The notes under the pieces were generated by a model, which saw only the letters and a list, made by a program, of their open reading frames with translations, searched no databases and was not told the DNA's origin. From the NCBI GenBank assembly GCA_964016885.1, contig OZ024740.1:9052001-9116000 (forward strand): DNA of 64,000 nt, in the 5' to 3' direction. Below are positions 59,940-64,000 of this stretch, one piece after another. The stretch comes from Eledone cirrhosa (Eukaryota). The stretch's first letter is position 1. Every line of letters starts with the position of its first letter. A program made the translations under genes and the position numbers.

Positions 59940-62900
59940 ATTGGTATGTCAGTTTCGATTGGTATGTCAGTTTCTATTAGTATATCAGTTTGTATTGGTA
60001 TGTTAATCTCTATTGGTATATCAGTTTCGATTGGTATGTCAGTTTCGATTGGTATGTCAGTTTCTATTGGTATGTCAGTTTCTATTAGTATATCAGTTTG
60101 TATTGGTATGTTAATCTCTATTGGTATATCAGTTTCGATTCGTATGTCAGTTTCGATTGGTATGTCAGTTTCGATTGGTATGTCAGTTTCGATTGGTATA
60201 TCAGTTTCGAATGGTATTTCAATCTCGATTGTTATGTCAGTTTCGATTGGTATATCAGTTTCTATTGGTATGTCAGTTTCTATTGGTATAACAGTTTCGA
60301 TTGGCATATCAGTTTCGATAGGTATGTCAGTTTCGATTGGTATGTCAGTTTCTATTGGTATATCAGTTGCGATTGGTATGTCAGTTTCTATTGGTATGTC
60401 AGTTTCGATTATTATATCAGTTCCTATAGGTATGTCAGTTTCTATTGGTATATCAGTTTCGATTGGTATATCAGTTTTGATTGGTATGTCAATTTCGATT
60501 AGTATATCAGATTCTATTGGTATGTCAGTTTCTATTGGTATATCAGTTTCAATTGGTATATCAGTTTCGATTGGCATATCAGTTTCGATTGGTATGTCAG
60601 TTTCGATTGGTATATCAGATTCGACTAGTATATCAGTTTCGATTGGTATATCAGTTTCTATTGCTATATCTGTTTCTATTGGTATATCAGTTTCGATTGG
60701 TATGTCAGTTTCTATTGGTATGTCAGTTTCGATTATTATATCAGTTTCTATTGGTATGTCAGTTTCTATTGGTATATCAGTTTCGATTGGTATGTCAGTT
60801 TCGATTGGTATGTCAGTTTCGATTAGTATATCAGTTTCTATTGGTATGTCAGTCACTATTGGTATATCAGTTCCTATAGGTATGTCAGTTTCTATTGGTA
60901 TGTCAGTTTCGATTTGTATATCAGTTTCTATTGGTATGTCAGTCTCTATTGGTATATCAGTTTCGATTGGTATGTCAGTTTTGATTGGTATATCAGTTTC
61001 GATTGGTGTATCAGTTTCAATTGGTATATCAGTTTCTATTGGTATATTCAGTTTAAATTGGTATGTCAGTTTCTATTGGTATGTTAGTTTCGATTAGTAT
61101 ATCAGTTTCTATTGGTATGTCAGTGTCTATTGGTATATCAGTTTCAATTGGTATGTCAGTTTCGATTGCTATGTCAGTTTCGATTGGTATATCAGTTTTG
61201 AATGGTATTTAAATCTCGATTGGTATGTCAGTTTCGATTGGTATATCAATTTCTATTGGTATGTCAGTTTCTATTGGTATATCAGTTTCTATTGGTATGT
61301 CAGTTTCTATTGGTATATCAGTTTCTATTGGTATGTCAGTTTCTATTGGTATATCAGTTTCTATTTGTATGTCAGTTTCTATTGGTATATCAGTTTCTAT
61401 TGGTATGTCAGTTTCGATTAGTATATCAGTTTCTATTGGTATGTCAGTTTCTATTGGTATATCAGTTTCGATTGGTATATCAGTTTCGATTGGTATGTCA
61501 GTTTCTATTAGTATATCAGTTTGTATTGGTATGTTAATCTCTATTGGTATATCAGTTTCGATTGGTATGTCAGTTTCGATTGGTATGTCAGTTTCTATTG
61601 GTATGTCAGTTTCTATTAGTATATCAGTTTGTATTGGTATGTTAATCTCTATTGGTATATCAGTTTCGATTCGTATGTCAGTTTCGATTGGTATGTCAGT
61701 TTCGATTGGTATGTCAGTTTCGATTGGTATATCAGTTTCGAATGGTATTTCAATCTCGATTGTTATGTCAGTTTCGATTGGTATATCAGTTTCTATTGGT
61801 ATGTCAGTTTCTATTGGTATAACAGTTTCGATTGGCATATCAGTTTCGATAGGTATGTCAGTTTCGATTGGTATGTCAGTTTCTATGGGTATATCAGTTG
61901 CGATTGGTATGTCAGTTTCTATTGGTATGTCAGTTTCGATTATTATATCAGTTCCTATAGGTATGTCAGTTTCTATTGGTATATCAGTTTCGATTGGTAT
62001 ATCAGTTTTGATTGGTATGTCAATTTCGATTAGTATATCAGTTTCTATTGGTATGTCAGTTTCTATTGGTATATCAGTTTCAATTGGTATATCAGTTTCG
62101 ATTGGCATATCAGTTTCGATTGGTATGTCAGTTTCGATTTGTATATCAGATTCGACTAGTATATCAGTTTCGATTGGTATATCAGTTTCTATTGCTATAT
62201 CTGTTTCTATTGGTATATCAGTTTCGATTGGTATGTCAGTTTCTATTCGTATATCAGTTTCGATTGGTATGTCAGTTTCTATTGGTATGTCAGTTTCGAT
62301 TATTATATCAGTTTCTATTGGTATGTCAGTTTCTATTGGTATATCAGTTTCGATTGGTATGTCAGTTTCGATTGGTATGTCTGTTTCGATTAGTATATCA
62401 GTTTCTATTGGTATGTCAGTCACTATTGGTATATCAGTTCCTATAGGTATGTCAGTTTCTATTGGTATGTCAGTTTCGATTTGTATATCAGTTTCTATTG
62501 GTATGTCAGTCTCTATTGGTATATCAGTTTCGATTGGTATGTCAGTTTTGATTGGTATATCAGTTTCGATTGGTGTATCAGTTTCGATTGGTATATCAGT
62601 CTCTATTGGTATATTCAGTTTAAATTGGTATGTCAGTTTCTATTGGTATGTTAGTTTCGATTAGTATATCAGTTTCTATTGGTATGTCAGTGTCTATTGG
62701 TATATCAGTTTCGATTGGTATGTCAGTTTCGATTGCTATGTCAGTTTCGATTGGTATGTCAGTTTCGATTGGTATATCAGTTTTGAATGGTATTTAAATC
62801 TCGATTGGTATGTCAGTTTCGATTGGTATATCAGTTTCTATTGGTATGTCAGTTTCTATTGGTATATCAGTTTCTATTGGTATGTCAGTTTCTATTGGTA
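59940..62900 (+). repeat. ~1.53-1.57 kb higher-order satellite duplication
   Basis: ORF pairs 60098/61629 and 60481/62012; ORF ends 61097/62664; rare variant ggtatattcagtttaaattgg occurs twice. Confidence 0.82.
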
Positions 62901-64000
62901 TATCAGTTTCTATTGGTATATCAGTTTCGATTGGTATGTCAATTTCGATTGGTATGTCAGTTTCGATTGGTATATCAGTTTCTATTTGTATGTCAGTTTC
63001 TATTGGTATATCAGTTTCTATTGGTATGTCAGTTTCGATTATTATATCAGTTTCTATTGGTATGTCAGTTTCTATTGGTATATCAGTTTCGATTGGTATA
63101 TCAGTTTCGATTGGTATGTCAATTTCGATTGGTATGTCAGTTTCGATTGGCATATCAGATTCGACTGGTATATCACTTTCTATTTCTATATCAGTTTCTA
63201 TTGGTATGTCAGTTTCAATTGGTATGTCAGTTTCTATTAGTATATCAGTTTCTATTTGTATGTCAGTCTCTATTGGTATATCAGTTTCGAATGGTATGTC
63301 AGTTTCGATTGGTATATCTGTTTCGATTGGTATGTCAATTTCGATTGCTATGTCAGTTTCGATTGGTATGTCAGTTTCGATTGGTATATCAGTTTCGATT
63401 GGTATATCAGTTGCAATTGGTATGTTAGTTTCTATTGGTATGTCAGTTTCGATTAGTATATCAGTTTCTATTGCTATATCAGTTTCTATTTGTATATCAG
63501 TTTCGATTGGTATATCAGTTTCGATTAGTTTAGCAGTTTCTATTGGCATGTCAGTTTTTATTGGTATATCAATTTCGATTGGTATATCAGTTTCAATTGG
63601 TATATCAGATTCGACTGGTATATCACTTTCTATTGCTATATCAGTTCGATTGGTATGTCAGTTTCTATTAGTATGTCAGTTTCTATTGGTATGTTAGTCC
63701 TCGATTTGTATGTCAGTTTCTATTGGTATGTCAGTTTCGATTAGCATATCAGTTTCTATTGGTATGTCAGTTTCTATTGGTATATCACTTTCGATTGGCA
63801 TATCAGTTTCTATTGGTATATCAGTTTCGATTGGTATGTCAGTTTGTATTGGTATATCAGTTGCGATTGGTATTCAGTTTCTATTGGTATGTCAGTTTCG
63901 ATTATTATATCAGTTACTATTTGTATGTTAGTTTCTATTGGTATATCAGTTTCATTTGGTATGTAAGTCTCTATTGGTATATCAGTTTCTATTGGTACGT

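Larger units (their letters stand above)
1..64000 (+). repeat. 18-bp tandem satellite array, consensus ATTGGTATRTCAGTTTCK, interrupted by RTE LINE insertions. Satellite blocks at about 1-117, 509-2084, 6835-7564, 9656-16793, 17191-20553, 20951-28344, 33058-44278, 48996-56014, 58433-58452, 59319-64000
   Basis: Monomer is read directly throughout. Two dominant variable positions (R at 9, K at 18). Same orientation everywhere, T/G-rich top strand. Runs off both window ends. Confidence 0.98.

Noticed and set aside
455-63931. Hundreds of ORFs such as (SVSIGM)n, (YQFRLV)n and (ISFDWY)n
   Set aside because: They are translations of an 18-bp monomer that lacks stops in several frames. They overlap in all frames and shift frame at indel monomers.

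Overview
This is a eukaryotic heterochromatin-like window, probably cephalopod (Octopus-like), inferred from repeat style only. About two thirds of it is one 18-bp tandem satellite (consensus ATTGGTATRTCAGTTTCK, all monomers in one orientation) with nested higher-order duplications of 450 bp, 705 bp, ~1.55 kb, ~2.65 kb, 3,760 bp and ~15.8-15.9 kb. Nine RTE-clade non-LTR retrotransposon copies interrupt the array. They represent seven independent insertions from three families (A, B, C), all ending in (GAT)n tails. Three copies have an intact single ORF (AP endonuclease + RT); the rest are 5'-truncated. Main observations: (1) all insertions hit the same GGT^ATRTCAG position of the monomer, including two in adjacent monomers and one in the opposite orientation; (2) every RT long enough to show it has a C4HC3 PHD-type finger between the RT core and the thumb region; (3) a covarying structured-RNA module (pseudoknot + CUGUAAA-loop hairpin + AGGAAG-loop hairpin) lies in the 3' UTR of families A and B but in the 5' UTR of family C, and all three families share a covarying 3'-terminal double stem. 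No host genes were found. The many satellite ORFs are artefacts of the monomer length being a multiple of 3.
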